Source: Callorhinchus milii (lineage: Eukaryota). Taken from it: a DNA stretch of 64,000 nt. Under the pieces are notes generated by a model, which saw only the letters and a list, made by a program, of their open reading frames with translations, had not been told where the DNA came from and did no database searches. Shown here piece by piece: positions 11,421-25,085 of the stretch; position 1 is the stretch's first letter, and every line of letters starts with the position of its first letter. The stretch lies in assembly GCF_018977255.1 (NCBI RefSeq), contig NW_024704743.1, positions 56,918,001 to 56,982,000 of the forward strand. Direction: 5' to 3'. Made by a program: the position numbers and the translations under genes.

Positions 11421-11724
11421 ACCAAGGTCTGAAGAAGAATGAGGTGAACAATAGAGATTTAACGTTGGATTACAGCAGTCATGAATTAAATGACCAATTT
11501 TGCCAGGGATCTTTAATGTGCACCTTAGCGAGAAGTTGTTACTTTGAAGGATGGCACCTCTGACAATACAATCCCCCAGTACTGTATTCAAGTGTCAGAT
11601 TAGGTTACAAGCTCAGAGTCCAGTCATTGAGGCTTGAGCCCATAAACTTTTGATCCAGAAATGAGAGCTACCAAATGAGTCAGACTCTTGGGTTTTCAGG
11701 CTGCCATGGACATCACTAGTCCAA

Positions 11725-12480
11725 GAACAATAACAACAACAAATTATACTTGTTTAGAGCCCTTAACTTCGGAAAGACATCCCAGAGCACTGGACAATCA
11801 GGGGTTTTGGACCCAAGCTGGGAGTTGGGGTCAGAAGGGGAGGATGACGGGTTGGGTGGGAATGGGAGGGTGGCCAAAGGCATGATCAAAGAAGAAGGTC
11901 TTCAGACAGGACTTGAAGGAGGCAAGAGAGGGGTTTCAGGCAGAGGGATTGGGGCATTGATTTCCAGAGAGTGGGGGCAGAGATGCTAAATGCCCGACCA
12001 CTAATGGTGGGGCGGGAAATGTGGGGGACCTGAAGCAGGTCGGTGACCGCTGAGCGGAGGGAGTGGGGTAATGAGGTCAGAGACGTAGGGGGAACCCAGA
12101 CTGTGGAGAGCCTTGAAGGTAAGGACAAGGGTTTTATACTCGATTCTCTGAGGAATGGGGATCCAGTGAAGCCAGGTAAGAACAGGGGTGATATGTTCAC
12201 AGGAGAGGACATGAACTGCAGAGTTCTGAATAATTTGCAGCTTGTGGAGGGAAGAGTTGGGAAGTCCAGTGAGCAAGCAGTTGGCACAGTCAAGCTGGGA
12301 CGTAATGAAAGTATGGATCAGGGTCTTGGCAGCCTGTGGTGAGAGACAGTGGCGGAGGCGAGCAATGTTGTAGAGGTGTGGAAAGGCAGAACGGACACAG
12401 CATGAATGTGGAGTTTGAAGGACAGCCGAGGGTCGCAAAGGACATCAAGGTTTTGGATTGGCTTGGTGAGGTGAAGAGCG
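11725..12480 (-). mobile_element. L2 LINE 3' fragment
   Basis: NIARLRHCLSPQAAKTLIHTFITSQLD..LHWIPIPQRIEYK..GRAFSISAPTLW, with a (TTG)-type tail at ~11725. Confidence 0.9.
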
Positions 12481-13694
12481 AACAATAGCATATCGCATTT
12501 ACATAGCACCTTTCACATAGAATAACATTTCGGGTTGGCAAGGGAAAAGGGGAGATGGAGTTAACCAGAGGTCAAAGACCTCTGACCATAGGTTATAGGT
12601 CATAGAAGTAGGTGGTAAAGTGATATTTAAAGTAAACAGAAGAGAGTGAGACACAGGGATAGAGATAGTGAGTTCCAAGGCTAAAGACAGAGACAGAGCG
12701 TTCCAAATTAAAATAAATGTTGATGTTATCCTTCGAAAATAAGAAAAAGTAAAAATAGATTTCCACCAACACAAATTATCATACAAAGGATCAGTTCTTC
12801 AAAATATTTATGTATTAGAAAGAGTGGTCCTTTGTTTCAATAAGATCTTGAATTGCTGTGAAGTTAATTCACTTACATTCTAATGGAACAGACTAATTCT
12901 ATTGATCCATCAGTAAAGTACAATTGCATTAAATTTTAAACCAGTCATCTCCAAAGTTGTCTGAGTGGAACATTGAATGAATTGCATAACTTCAGCAATT
13001 TGGAGGGCGCCTGTGGAAGAAAAATAAATTCAGTTTGGTGGGACTGCAGTGGTTGAAAAATAGTACCCCAACTGTACAATTTAGGGACCTTATAAACACA
13101 GAATGGATTTGAATTTGTAAACAGGATACTCTCATTCTGACTTCTGGGCTTACGACTTTTGGTTTGCGAAATTAGTTTGTACTATTTAATAAACCTCAGA
13201 CTCGAGAATAATTAAAGCCGGCCTTTCATCTGCCCTCTTCGGTTTCCAATTTCCTTTCAATTTTCTCCTCGAACTTATAGTGGGGTTTCGTGCTGGCATA
13301 TAGTTCTACAACTGGTAGTAGCACTTTGGTGCTTTGAGCAAGTGTTAATCTTGACTTTTAAACTTTCTTGATCAGACCACTCAGCATCAATTCAAACTGA
13401 ATTCAAATCCCGAAAGTGTATTTTAAATCAGACTAAATTTAGCTCTATTTACATTTTATTTTTAATTTAGATTTTATTTAACCTGTGGACGAACATAGCA
13501 CTACCATTTTCAAATAAAAAGTTAAATAAAATGTGGCTTCACATTGCAATGTAATACATTGAAATTGCAAAGCAGCTAAGATTGTTGGGCAATTTCAATA
13601 CACTTCTACTATTGTAGCTTCAGCTATGTTGCTCTGATTGAACATTTTCAGCAAATCTTTCTGGGCTCCTAGCGAACACTGAATGAACCAGTTG

Positions 13695-14002
13695 ATAATA
13701 ATAATAAATAATAATAATCTTTGCATTTGATATAGCGCTTTTCACATCTTCTCGACGTTTCAAAGCACTTCACAGAATAGACTGTAAAGTGAATTGACTG
13801 TATATATTTTGTGGGTGAAATGTGGCAGCCAATTGCGCACAGCAGTGTCCCACAAACAGTCGTGGATTGAAAATGACCAATTTATTATTGTTTTGTTTTG
13901 GAGGGATTATTATTAGACGTGTGGAGTAAGGAAACTTGCCCAAGGTTTTGCCCTGCCTGGAATTGAACCCAGGTGTCTTGTTTCCACTGAACTACACGAC
14001 TC
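13695..14002 (-). mobile_element. Young SINE, same family (GAGAA-loop tail), head partly deleted
   Basis: Same body and (TAA)n tail; deletion in the tRNA-like head. Confidence 0.9.
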
Positions 14003-14971
14003 TTGCTTTGGGAGATTTTCCATCCTTTTGGGTTTGTCAGTCTGGCTCAGTTGGCCGCAGTGACCTCTGAGTCAGTGGTTGTCTAGGCTGACATTCCAAT
14101 GTAGTGTTGGGGGTGTGCTGCATTGTCAGAGGTGTCGTCCTTCATTAGACATGAAACCCATCTGATCTGTTCAGGCAGATGTTAAAGATCCTGTAGCACT
14201 ATTCAACAAGAGAAGGAAGTTACTCACAATGTCCTGACCAACAATGCCAAATAAAATTGGACAGCCATTTCATGCCTGTTTGTGGGACATTGCTGTATGC
14301 AATGCGGCTGGTGTGTTCATCCACTAAATACACTGCTATTTTGTTTTCTGCAATTTGATTGTACTTTGCTGAGTACAAAATTTAATTCAGTGGAACTGAG
14401 GAGAATAGTGGTTCGAAAATGGCACCTAATTGCACAACTTTTAAGAACATACAGAATGGGATCTAATTTGTAATATTATACTATTTTTTGTTTCTTTTTA
14501 CTTTTTTTACCCTTGACTGATAAACTAATCAAAAGTAAAACCCTGGCCAAGATTGCAATTTTCATTTTTTTCTCCCAATATTTTCAACATGTAGCAAATC
14601 CTGCAATTTCAGTTGGAAAACACAAGTCACTTTTAATACAAATGCCTTCTAACAACAATCCTTGCATTTGATATTGCGCCTTGTCATGTCTTTGAGATGT
14701 CTCAAAATGCTTCACAGATTATACTGTGAAGCAAATTGACTGCATATTTTGTGGGCAAAACATTATTGTTGTTAAATGCCTCTGTTTGTGAATGCCACAT
14801 ATTTAATCTCGTTGCTAACTTTGATAAACCTTACTGCACAATGATTAGGTTGGCAAAGACACTACATGAATTAACTTATTCAAGTCAGGAAAACAAGTCA
14901 CAATAATTGTTTTTAGTGCCCTAGGTTAGGGAGCGGAAAAACAATCCTAATTGATATTCAGTGTCCTTCCA

Positions 14972-15250
14972 GCAAGCGAGAGACCTGAGTTCAATTCCAG
15001 GCAGGGAGAAACCTTGGGCAAGTTTCCTTACTCCACACACCTAATAATAATCCCTCCAAAACCAAAAACAATAATACATTGGTCATTTTCAATCTACGAC
15101 TGTTTGTGGGACATTGCTGTGCGCAATTGGCTGCCGCGTTCGCCCACAAATATACAGTCAATTCACTTTACAGTGTATTCTGTGAAGCGCTTTGGGACGT
15201 CCTCCCGACGTGAAAAGCGCGATATCAATGGCAAGGATTATTATTATTAT
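14972..15250 (+). mobile_element. Young SINE, 5'-truncated, nested in an LF-SINE-like element
   Basis: Starts inside the anticodon arm (GCAAGCGAGAGACC); CTCCC-loop tail and (ATT)n. Confidence 0.9.
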
Positions 15251-16777
15251 AGTATCCAAGGGTGGTTGTCAGGTGAGGACAAGATTCAACTCAGCTCTAT
15301 TACCCTCCATGGTCAAAATAGCCTGCTTGAACTTATTCACTGACTGAATTATTGGTTGACCTACATATAACTAAGCTTTACAGAAATTCCCTGTGAATTG
15401 CTTTGAGATGTTTCGATATTGAGGGCATTATATTGAATGCAAGTCAGATGACTCAGAAGCGATCTCATAGAGCCGCATATTTTTTTTAAATGGGATCGAA
15501 ATAATAAACCCAGAACAATAATTTAGGATGCACAAAGACAGAAATACAAGAGGACATAGGTTCAGAGTTGCAAAGGGCAATTACAGGACAGATACCAAGA
15601 AGTATTTTTTTACTTCTTCGTCCAAACCAATCTTGTGATCTTGCGTGATTACTATTATACCTGAAGATTGGCTACTTGTGTGAGGTTATGAGTGGCAGCC
15701 AATGTTTGTGAAACTATACTGAGGTCCTTGATGACAATAAGGGAGAAAATTAGAGGTGGGGAAATTCTATCACTAATGTAACTGGTTTGAATCAATGCTA
15801 AACATTATTTAGCAAATAATAAAGAATAATTGATTTGAGACTAACCAAACCGGTGGTAGCTCTAGATTCTGCTGAAATCATGAATAAACCCAAAAGATTA
15901 CCTCTAAAACATAATCCTACCTTCCTCCTTCAGATGCTGATCTGCCTCCTGTGGCTTTCCAGCATTTTCTGATTTATTTCAGATTTCCAGGCTCCACGTT
16001 TTCTTTTTATCTGTCAGAATCGTCTTCTCTTTCTAACTTCCCAATAGAGGTTGGAGCAGTGATTCCTCCACCCCCGCACCCCCAATCAAGATCTACCATC
16101 TCTTACAAGAGAGAAAATCAAGTACTACAGTGCTCCACAAACTAAACAGACACAAACACCAGAGGTCTAGGCTTTACAAAGCCAGAGCCAGCTCAAATCA
16201 AAGCAGATTTTTCTTCAGCAGGTGAGACCCTCTTCTGGAGTTTGCTTTCCATTTACTTAAAATGTATGATCCTCAATAGAAACTCTAAAATAAGGTGATA
16301 AAATGTTTGGTAACTGATTCAATAACACATCTGATCTGTCAAGAAACATTAGATTTTTCACCTTAAGGCTGGAACGATGAATGACACCGAAACCCATGGG
16401 AATCATGATACAAATCCAATCCAACTGCTACAAATGTGATAAATGAAACAACTGATGAAATACAAATCGCAGCTTAAAGAAAACTAGTCATAAACAAGAT
16501 TAGTCTGTGAGTGGAAGTTGAACCGATTGGAAAGATTAGGATGGAGGAAGATAGGAAGACAAATATATTGTAAAATACACCAGGAATTCCCACATGAATG
16601 CCTCTATAATGAAGGAATTGAATTGAATTCATGCTGCATTTAATATTCTGAAAAGAGGTCAGATTCGCATGCTAATTTTGCTAAATCCAAAGTCATTTTG
16701 GGAAAAATAAGTAACCCAATTGTGTATGAATTTAGAGCTACCTCCTGTTTGGTTAGTCTCAAAGCAAATCTGAGTTT

Positions 16778-17098
16778 GTGGAGTCCTGCAGCTCAGTGGT
16801 CAGAGCACTCGCCTCACAAGCGAGAAACCTGGGTTTGATTCCAGGCAGGGCAAAACCTTGGGCAAGTTTCCTTACTCCACACGCCTGATAATAATCCCTC
16901 AAGAAAAAAATAATAAATTGGTCACTTCAATCCACGACTGTTTGTGGAACACTGCTGTGTACAATCGGCTGCCACATTTTTCCCACAAATATACAGTCAA
17001 TTCACTTTGCAGTATAATCTGTGATGCGCTTTGAGACATCTATAAGACGTGAAAAGCACTATATCAAATGCAAGAATTATTATTATTATTATATTATT
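16778..17098 (+). mobile_element. Young SINE, same family, full length
   Basis: GTGGAGTCCTGCAGCTCAGTGG head through to (ATT)n tail. Confidence 0.9.
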
Positions 17099-18949
17099 GC
17101 TTCAAGTCTACACAAACATTCAGGATTTATGTAATTTCCGCACCCGTTCCTCTTTCCCAATGGCTGGTTCAAATATCCTCATGAGGTTTCTTTTACTCTG
17201 ATTCAATTTGGTTGTTGGATCAAGGCCATTTGAAATATCAAGAGGTGTGCATTCATGTCTGAACTTGCTCTTGTGCAGGAATAGTGAAAAGCTATGTATT
17301 TCCTACCTGATGCCTCTCTAAATCACTCAAATTATGTAGATGAAATTCAAAGTGAAGCTGGTATTCATCTTAAATCTGAATTAGGCAAAACAGGATTTAC
17401 ATGATTGGAAGTACTAAGCCTTTCATTCGATGTAGCCGCTTATCATTCATTGGGACATCTCAACGTGCTTTACAGGATTTACTCTGATCTTTGATGTCCA
17501 TCCGAACAGACAAACGGGACCTTGGTTTAATACTTGGTGTGAAGGAGAGCATCTCCAACAATGCAACACTCCCCTACCACTGCACTGGATTGCCAGGCAA
17601 AACTGTGATTTCAAAGAACTGATGTGGAGTTTGAACCACAAAACCTTCTGAATCAGAGGCACAGATGCTAGCATCTGAGCCAGGCTTAACTTTCAGTTTA
17701 CCAGTGTTATCAAACTCCAGATTTGTACTGAGCTACATGTGTGACTCATGAGCAACAGTGTGAGCCACACAAGTCGAGAAATGTGACAACAGGAACACAT
17801 GTCTGAGTATCCAATGATGTACAACAAGAATCAAAAACAGCAGCAGCAGCAGAGTAATTGTAATGTCATTACAACAACGAGTTTGCTTATGTGTGTATAC
17901 GTACATCAAAACACTGTGCGTTTTAGAATATTCCACACTCAATTCAAACTTGCAGCGATTACGTAGTAATTCAGTGAAGCAATGTAGGAAAGGAGCTGCA
18001 GGCCAAGTGCCCGGCAGCAATAATAATTCCTTTTCACCAGGTGAGTAATACAAGGCATCAAAAGGAAGTTGTGTATTCTCCTTATCTCCTCTGTACATGG
18101 ACCGGGTTACTAAAGTACAAGCAAACGGTTCCTATGTGGAAATGTGGCGGAATGGGTAAGGACATTTTAAATGGAACAATCAAAGAGATGCAGTTCAATA
18201 TGATAAAACTAGTGAATGAAATTGAAAGTGGAGCATCAGCAGGACAGCACGCTGTGAAATAGAATGGTGATAAGACGCCAACTGAAAGAGCGCTAACAAT
18301 CCTTGAGAGAAGGTTCTGAATTAATGAAGACATTCAATCAGGACAACACTTGCAACCTGCCCCTCAAGCATTCAGCTCTAATACAAACACCTCCACTGTG
18401 CATTTGCTCATAAGCTGATTCCTAAAAATAGCAAACATTATTACAATCAAGTAATCAAAAGCTTGATGATTTTAGTGATTGGTGCATGATATAGCTTCAA
18501 AGGATAACCAATGATGGATTAGATATTATATTTAAAAAGAAACATAGTGTGAGATACACTAGACTCGTTTAAAAAATGTCTTGAAGTTGCGATGGGAAGA
18601 CGGCAAACTGGATATTCTGGAAGGATGAGATAAAATTGGCTAAAGGGCATTCATGTAAACCGATCTTGCAATCCAGTGAGAATAATACTGACTGTAAGGT
18701 CAAGGGTTCAAAGGCTGACCAGAGACATTACATACAATTAAATAGATGAAGGAAAATCTCAAGGGTATAACAAAAGATAGGTAAACAATACTAACTGGAT
18801 GGCGGAGAAGGATATAACACATGACGTTTTATATTGTAAGTTAACTATCTTGAAATCTATTTTTAAAAAAACTGTTTTGTATAGGAGACAAAAAGATTTC
18901 TGTGCACTCTTCATAGCACCTATATGTTTTCACCAAGTAATCTTACCCC

Positions 18950-20345
18950 ATGTTATCTGCCGCACATATCCTCACCTGCACCAAACGCCAATCACTTCTA
19001 ATCACTCCAGCCTCCACTGGCTCCCTAGCTTAAATTGATGAATTTTAAGATCCACAACCTCACATAAGGATCAGTGCTTGGGCCTCAGCTATTTACAATT
19101 TACATCAATAATCTTGACGAGGACATTGAATGTAACGTATCTAAATTCGTGGATGACACGAAACTAGATGGGAGAGTAAGCTCTAAGGATGATGGAAAAA
19201 GATTGCAACGGGATATAGATAGGCTAGGGGAGTGGGCGAGTAGGTGGCAGATGGAATTTAATGTGGGGAAGTGTGAAGTCATTCACCTAGGTAGAAAAAA
19301 TAGAAAAACAGATTATTTTCTAGAGGGGGAGAGATTAGATAGTGTTAGTGTTCAGAGGGATTTGGGTGTCCTTGTACACCAGTCTCAAAAAGTTAGTTTG
19401 CAGGTGCAGCAAGCAACTAAGAAGGCGAACAGCATGTTAGCGTTCATTGCAAAAGGTTTAGAGTACAAGAGTAGGGAAGTCTTGGTGCAACTGTATAGGG
19501 CCTTGGTGAGACCGCACCTAGAGTATTGTGTGCAGTTTTGGTCTCCTTATTTAAAAAAGGACATACTTGCCTTAGAGGGGGTGCAATGTAGATTCATTAG
19601 GTTAGTTCCTGGGATGAGGGGACTGACCTATGAGGATAGGCTGAATAAACTAGGGCTGTATTCTCTAGAATATAGAAGAATTAAGGGAGATCTTATTGAA
19701 ACATATAAGATTCTTAAAGGGCTGGATAAAGTAGACACTGAGGGTCTGTTTCCCCTGGTAGGAGAATCTATAACCAGGGGTCACAGTCTTAAAATTAAGG
19801 GTCAGCCTTTTAGAACAGAGTTGAGGAAACATTCTTAACTCAGAAGGTAGTGAATTAATGGAATTCACTACCCCAGAAGGCTGTAGATGCCCAGTTCTTG
19901 AACATCTTCAAGGCTTTTGAAAAATAGAGGGATGAGGGGATATGGGGATAGGGCAGGTAATTAGAGTTAGGTCTGAAGATCAGCCATGATCTTATCGAAT
20001 GGCGGGGCAGGCTCGAGGGGCCGAATGGCTTACTCCTGCTCCTAATTCTTATGATCTTATGTTCTTATCCCTTCACACGTTAGCACCTCCCTACTTCTCT
20101 AATCTGCTCATAGCCCATTCTTTTGCCCACTCCCAACTCAGAAACACAGGCTTGCTACATATTCTCTTCCCCCTTCATACCACTAATGGTAGATGAGCCT
20201 ACATCCACTACTCCACTAATCTCTGGAATTCCCTGCCTCTATCCATCTACCTCACCCCACCTTTATATCTATCTTTAAATCACACCTGAAGACCTACCTC
20301 TTCTACTGCACCTATGGTCGCTAGGTAAATGCAAGTCGTTGTATA
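18950..20345 (+). mobile_element. Old L2 fragment interrupted by the CR1 at 19066-20067
   Basis: CTCCACTGGCTCCC (LHWLP) lies before the CR1 and TCCCTTCACACGTTAGCACCTCCCTAC (SLHTLAPPY) resumes after it. Confidence 0.75.
19066..20067 (+). mobile_element. CR1 LINE 3' fragment with largely open RT C-terminus
   Basis: ORF 19074-19838: GPQLFTIYINNLD, KFVDDTKL, WQMEFNVGKCEV, LVRPHLEYCVQFWSP, GDLIETYKIL, TRGHSLK. 3' end GGCCGAATGG..(TCTTATG)n. Confidence 0.95.
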
Positions 20346-20721
20346 TGAATCTGGTGTTTTATATGAATCTGTGTATGTGTAAGTATATAAATATGTATAT
20401 GGATTGTTATTATTATTATATATGTGTTTGTTCCTATCAGGATTTTTAGCTCATAGTCTAGGTTGAAATCCAGTGAGGTGCTAGTGGAGCTTTGCATTGT
20501 CAGATGTGCTGTCCTTTGGATGAGATGTTAAACCAAAGTCCCGTCTGCCTGTTCCAGTATGCTACCCCACGTGAAAGTCACAATATGAATGCAAGTTGTT
20601 GTTGTTGTTGTATTTCTTGTTCAAGTGGACATTATAGATCCCATAGCATCATTGAAAGTCCTGGCTAACAATCCCCCAAATACAAATATTTGTCAACCAC
20701 TGGCTAGCATTTGTCGGTCAC

Positions 20722-21038
20722 GTGGAGTCCTATAGCTCAGTGGTTAGAGCACTCGCTTTGCAAATGAGAGACCTGAGTTCAATTCCCGGCAGGGCGAAAC
20801 CTTGGGCAAGTTTCCTTACTCCACACACCTAATAATAATCCCTCCAAAAACCCAAAACAATAATTAAATTGGTCATTTTCAATCTACGACTGTTTGTGGG
20901 ACATTGCTGTGTGCAATTGGCTGCCGCGTTCGCCCACAAATATACAGTCAATTCACTTTACAGTGTGTTCTGTGAAGCGCTTTGGGACGTCCTCCCGATG
21001 TGAAAAGCGCTATATCAAATGCAAGGATTATTATTATT
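20722..21038 (+). mobile_element. Young SINE, full length, nested in an older DeuSINE
   Basis: Full head-to-tail copy. TSD GCATTTG at 20707-20713 and 21040-21046. Confidence 0.92.
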
Positions 21039-21264
21039 GGCATTTGCAAATTAGCTGTCACATTCACTTACAAAGTCACTTCACTTTATAAGTAAACACT
21101 GTGAAGCACTATGATATATTTAGATGTTTCGACTTGTTTAAGGCATTGCATCGAACACAATGATTATTGTTAAAATGTGTGTGCATTCCTGTTGTGTATG
21201 CACGTGCAATAGGAAGGTTTGCGTCTTGTAATTGGCTCTACCTGCACCATGAGCATGCTTCAGG

Positions 21265-21370
21265 GCAAATCTGTCACTGGCTGTCATTGCGGCCGCTTTG
21301 GGGGGGAAGTTCAATTTCCTGGACTTATCAGGAAAAAGTTGTCACTCACAGCTGTCATTGTCAGCTCTGG
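21265..21370. promoter_or_regulatory. Candidate TALE-homeodomain (Meis/Pknox/Tgif) site cluster
   Basis: Five same-strand TGTCA in 93 bp, three of them full CTGTCA. Confidence 0.35.
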
Positions 21371-22062
21371 GGAATGGATCATACATTTTGGCATAGAAAA
21401 TTGTTTCCCCAGAGTTTCTGTGCTCGGTACAGAATCTTATAAACTGAATCTTATATGGTTAATCAGTGATCTATTACAGGGGCATTATCACATGTGTATA
21501 TTTATTGCAAAGCTGTTTTGTCAAAAGAGTGACATTATTGTGTGATGACTAGTTCGCCAAAATGGTAAATGTCAGTGGTGGAATGTTTAAAAATGTTATC
21601 GGTCTACATCAATGCATTGAAAATAATGGTTGGACAACAGGTATTTATGACTACCTGCATATGTGTTAAAGCAGACAGTCAGGCCTCTGAAGAACTGATT
21701 TCCATCAGTTCTGCCTCCACAAGTTTAAATGGACATTTCAGCTTATCTTTAAGGGAAGTGCAATAATAAAAATATGTCAAACCTTCTCCACAGACACCTG
21801 TGCAGGGATTTGTACAACATAATAGATCAGATCTGTGATAGATTAGCAGGGCAAAATTGTTATTGCTGTTGACTTAATCACGCAAAAAATGCCATTGGGC
21901 CCTATCCATCCTTCAGATGAGATGTTAAACCAATGCCCTGTCTGCCTGTTCTGGTGGATGTTAAAGATCCCATGGCAATATTCAAAATAAGTGTCCTGGC
22001 CAACACACAAGATGCTTTACACGAAATCTTGTGAAGCTCTTTGAGTTCTAACAACATGATAA

Positions 22063-22529
22063 GGTTCTCACCCGCACCAAACTCCGCTCCCTGATCACCC
22101 CAATCCTTGCCAGACTGCACTGGCTACCTGTCCCAGAGAGGATCGACTTCAAGATCCTCACCCTTTTCTTCAAATCCCTCCACTCCTCTGCACCCCCCCT
22201 ACCTCTCTGACCTCCTCTCTCCTCAAAACAGTGCCCGTTGCCTTCGTTCCACCGGGTCTGGCTTCCTCCTTGTCCCCCCGAGTCCTCCGCTCCACCCTTG
22301 GCGGCTGTACCTTCAGCCACTACGCCCCGAGGCTCTGGAACTGCCTTCCTCACTCCCTTTGCATCATCCCCTCTCTTCCTATTTTCAGGTCTCAGCTGAA
22401 GACCTTTCTTTTCGACCGCGCCTTTGGTTACCTTCCTCCCCCTCCCTCGGCCCTGGGATCCGTTACTGTGAAGCGCTCTGAGATGTCGTCCAGCGTGGAG
22501 GGCGCTATATAAATCCAAGTTGTTGTTGT
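22063..22529 (+). mobile_element. L2 LINE 3' fragment nested in a DeuSINE tail
   Basis: LHWLPVPERIDFK, FSHYAPRLWNCLP..FRSQLKTFLF, tail GGCGCTATATAAATCCAAG(TTG)n. TSD TGATAA at 22057-22062 and 22530-22535. Confidence 0.92.
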
Positions 22530-23027
22530 TGATAAAGCACTACATCAAATGCAAGATTATGGTTATCATTATATTTTCTGAGCACTTCATGAGTTGTAAA
22601 GGGACTTTCAATACATTTGTAACTGCAGCTGGTCACTGCCGAGCTGATTGTATCACAATGGCGATAACTGGAGCAGCCCTGTCAAAGGGCAAAGCAATTT
22701 TCCAGCGAGAGATTCATTGGAATACAGGAGCAAGAGCACACTGGCTGATTGTTCTTGTCCTTAGGCCAGGCAAAACTGACGTCAAAAGTAACACTTTAAC
22801 TGTTGTTTCAGCTGAGGTCGGGTAACACAGCACAGACTGTGACCTTCTGCATGACTTAGTGGTACCTTCAGCAGAGCCTTTGCCCATTGACATCAAGGAG
22901 AGCTAATTACTAATCAATAGCTAATAGATTATAACTATAATAAAGCATTTTTATTGTGCTTTACCAGGTTGAAATGTTTCATAGCACTTCAGTCAAATAT
23001 TGGCAAATGCAGTAACTGTACTATTTA

Positions 23028-23376
23028 TAATAATAATCCTTGCATTTGATATAGCGCCTTATCACATTGTCGATACATCTTAAAGCCCTTCACAGAATAT
23101 GTTGTAAAGTGAATTGACTGTTTTGTGGGTGAAAAGCGACAACCAATTTGCGCACAGCGGTGTCCCACAAACAACCATGGAGTGAGTGACCAATTTTATT
23201 TGGGGGATTTGTTAGCTAGGACACCGGGAGAAACTCTTTTTGAATAGTGCTTTAATGTCCACTTGAACAGGCAGATGGGTGTCAGTGTTGACTATATGAT
23301 TCAAAGTCACAACATGAGGCTTGAACCCACAAGCTTCTGATTCAGAGACAAGAGTGCTACCACTGCACCAGGCTGG
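23028..23376 (-). mobile_element. SacSINE1/DeuSINE-like element, internally deleted
   Basis: (TAA)n CCTTGCATTTGATATAGCGCC tail, CAATTTGCGCACAGC, CTTCTGATTCAGAGACAAGAGTGCTACC head. Confidence 0.8.
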
Positions 23377-25067
23377 TACACACAGAAACTCTGCGTTCTG
23401 GGACACTACCCTGCATGAGGGGACTATATAAATGCAACTTTTTGTTGTTGTTGTAGAAAAACAACGCATTCACTTGAGCCAGCAAGGTCCCACAAACAGC
23501 CCTGCAGGGAATGATCAATTTTAATCTGGAAAGTTGCTGACCAGAACACTCTTCTTCTTTTGAATAGAGTTATAGGATCTTTATCATCCACGTGAACAGG
23601 CAGATGTAATACTTTGTCTAGTTTTGCTTTTTCTATGGATAAAGTGCCACCTAAATTGAGTAACTGACATCAGCAGCAATTTGGTATTTCTCACAAGCTT
23701 TTCTGTCAAATAAAACTCCTACATCAGATTCTAACGTGGAAGAACTGTAGTTCACAAGAACTCAAAATTTACAGCTGTTTATAGCAGCACATCTTCATCT
23801 TGTAGTTGCCAGCACCAGCTCGAACATTCCAGCAGCAAAGTGCCACGTAAATCAAGTCAGACTGAACTGGGTCAAACTCAGCTGTAAAACTAATCTAGTA
23901 AATGTTAGCCACTGAAGAAACAAATTGTGAACTAGTTAAACCAGTCAAGCCAGACAATTACCAATCAGGTAGGCAATCCACCTCTCTCTTTGTCTCTCTT
24001 CTTCTGTTGTACCTGAATCTTTCTGTATCTCTTTGTTTTTATCAGTATGTGTGACAGAAAGAGAGTCTGTCTACCTCTAATTATCTCTATGTGAGTTGTG
24101 ACAGTCTTCTGTCTATTTGTCAGCTGGCTTCTACTTGTGACAGTTTGGCTCAGTTGACTGCACACTTGCCTCTGGGTCTGAAGGTTGTGGGTTTAAGCAC
24201 CACATCAAGAGTTGAACTAGGCTGGCAGGACAGGGGGCACTGCATTGTCATTGGTTTAGATATTAAACCAAGGTCCTGCCTCAATCCTCTGGGGGATGGG
24301 GAGCCAGTGGAGTTGGGGGGAGTGATGTGGTCGCGGAGCCTGGTGGATGAGAGTACACGAGGTGCAGAGTTTTGGATGATCTGCAGCTTGTGAAGGGAAG
24401 AATTGGGAGGGCTGATGAGGAGGGAGTTCCCGTAATCGAGTCTTGATGTGGTTGAGGGTTTCAGCAGCCTGAGGGGTGAGGCATTACCCCATAAAGTAGT
24501 CATTAAAGATCCCTGACACTCTCCTGCAGATAAATTGATGACTCCTCTTATGCTTGTGTGTAGGTCTGCGCAGTGCACAAAATTGCTGCCACATTTGCCT
24601 ACAAAAAAAGATACTAGACTTGAAAATCATACTGTAAATACCAATAAGATGTTTCAATGTGATAAAGCATTTTCAAAGTACAGGTTCTTTTTCCTTATCT
24701 ATTTTCCTTATCCATCTATGTATACATTCGTTCATGCTATATGTGTATGCACACGTATATATTCACATACCTTAATGCATTTGCTTTTCTCTGTGCAACT
24801 AAAACAACTGTTTTGTAGAAAACCAAGGTGCTATATTTTGCATTAAGAAGGAGCTCTGTGTTATCTTGAGCTCATAACACAGCAGAGTTCTCCCATTTTA
24901 CCATGCAAGCACGTTCCTGACTTTTATTTTTTTTGCTGCCAGACCTTGTTTTTTGCTGCTAGACCCTGTTAAGGAAAATTCATCTTGGCTGGCAATTGAG
25001 AATGTATTGCTGATCTGCAACAGGCAGATCTGAGGTCTGTAAGTTAACTGAAGCAAAAATATGTTTT

Positions 25068-25085
25068 GATATATATATATATATA
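25068..25085. repeat. (AT)n microsatellite
   Basis: GATATATATATATATATA. Confidence 0.85.

Noticed and set aside
19074..19838. Longest ORF (254 aa) as a functional or domesticated gene
   Set aside because: A 5'-truncated CR1 RT C-terminus with no true start, a frameshift at the end, and nested in an L2.
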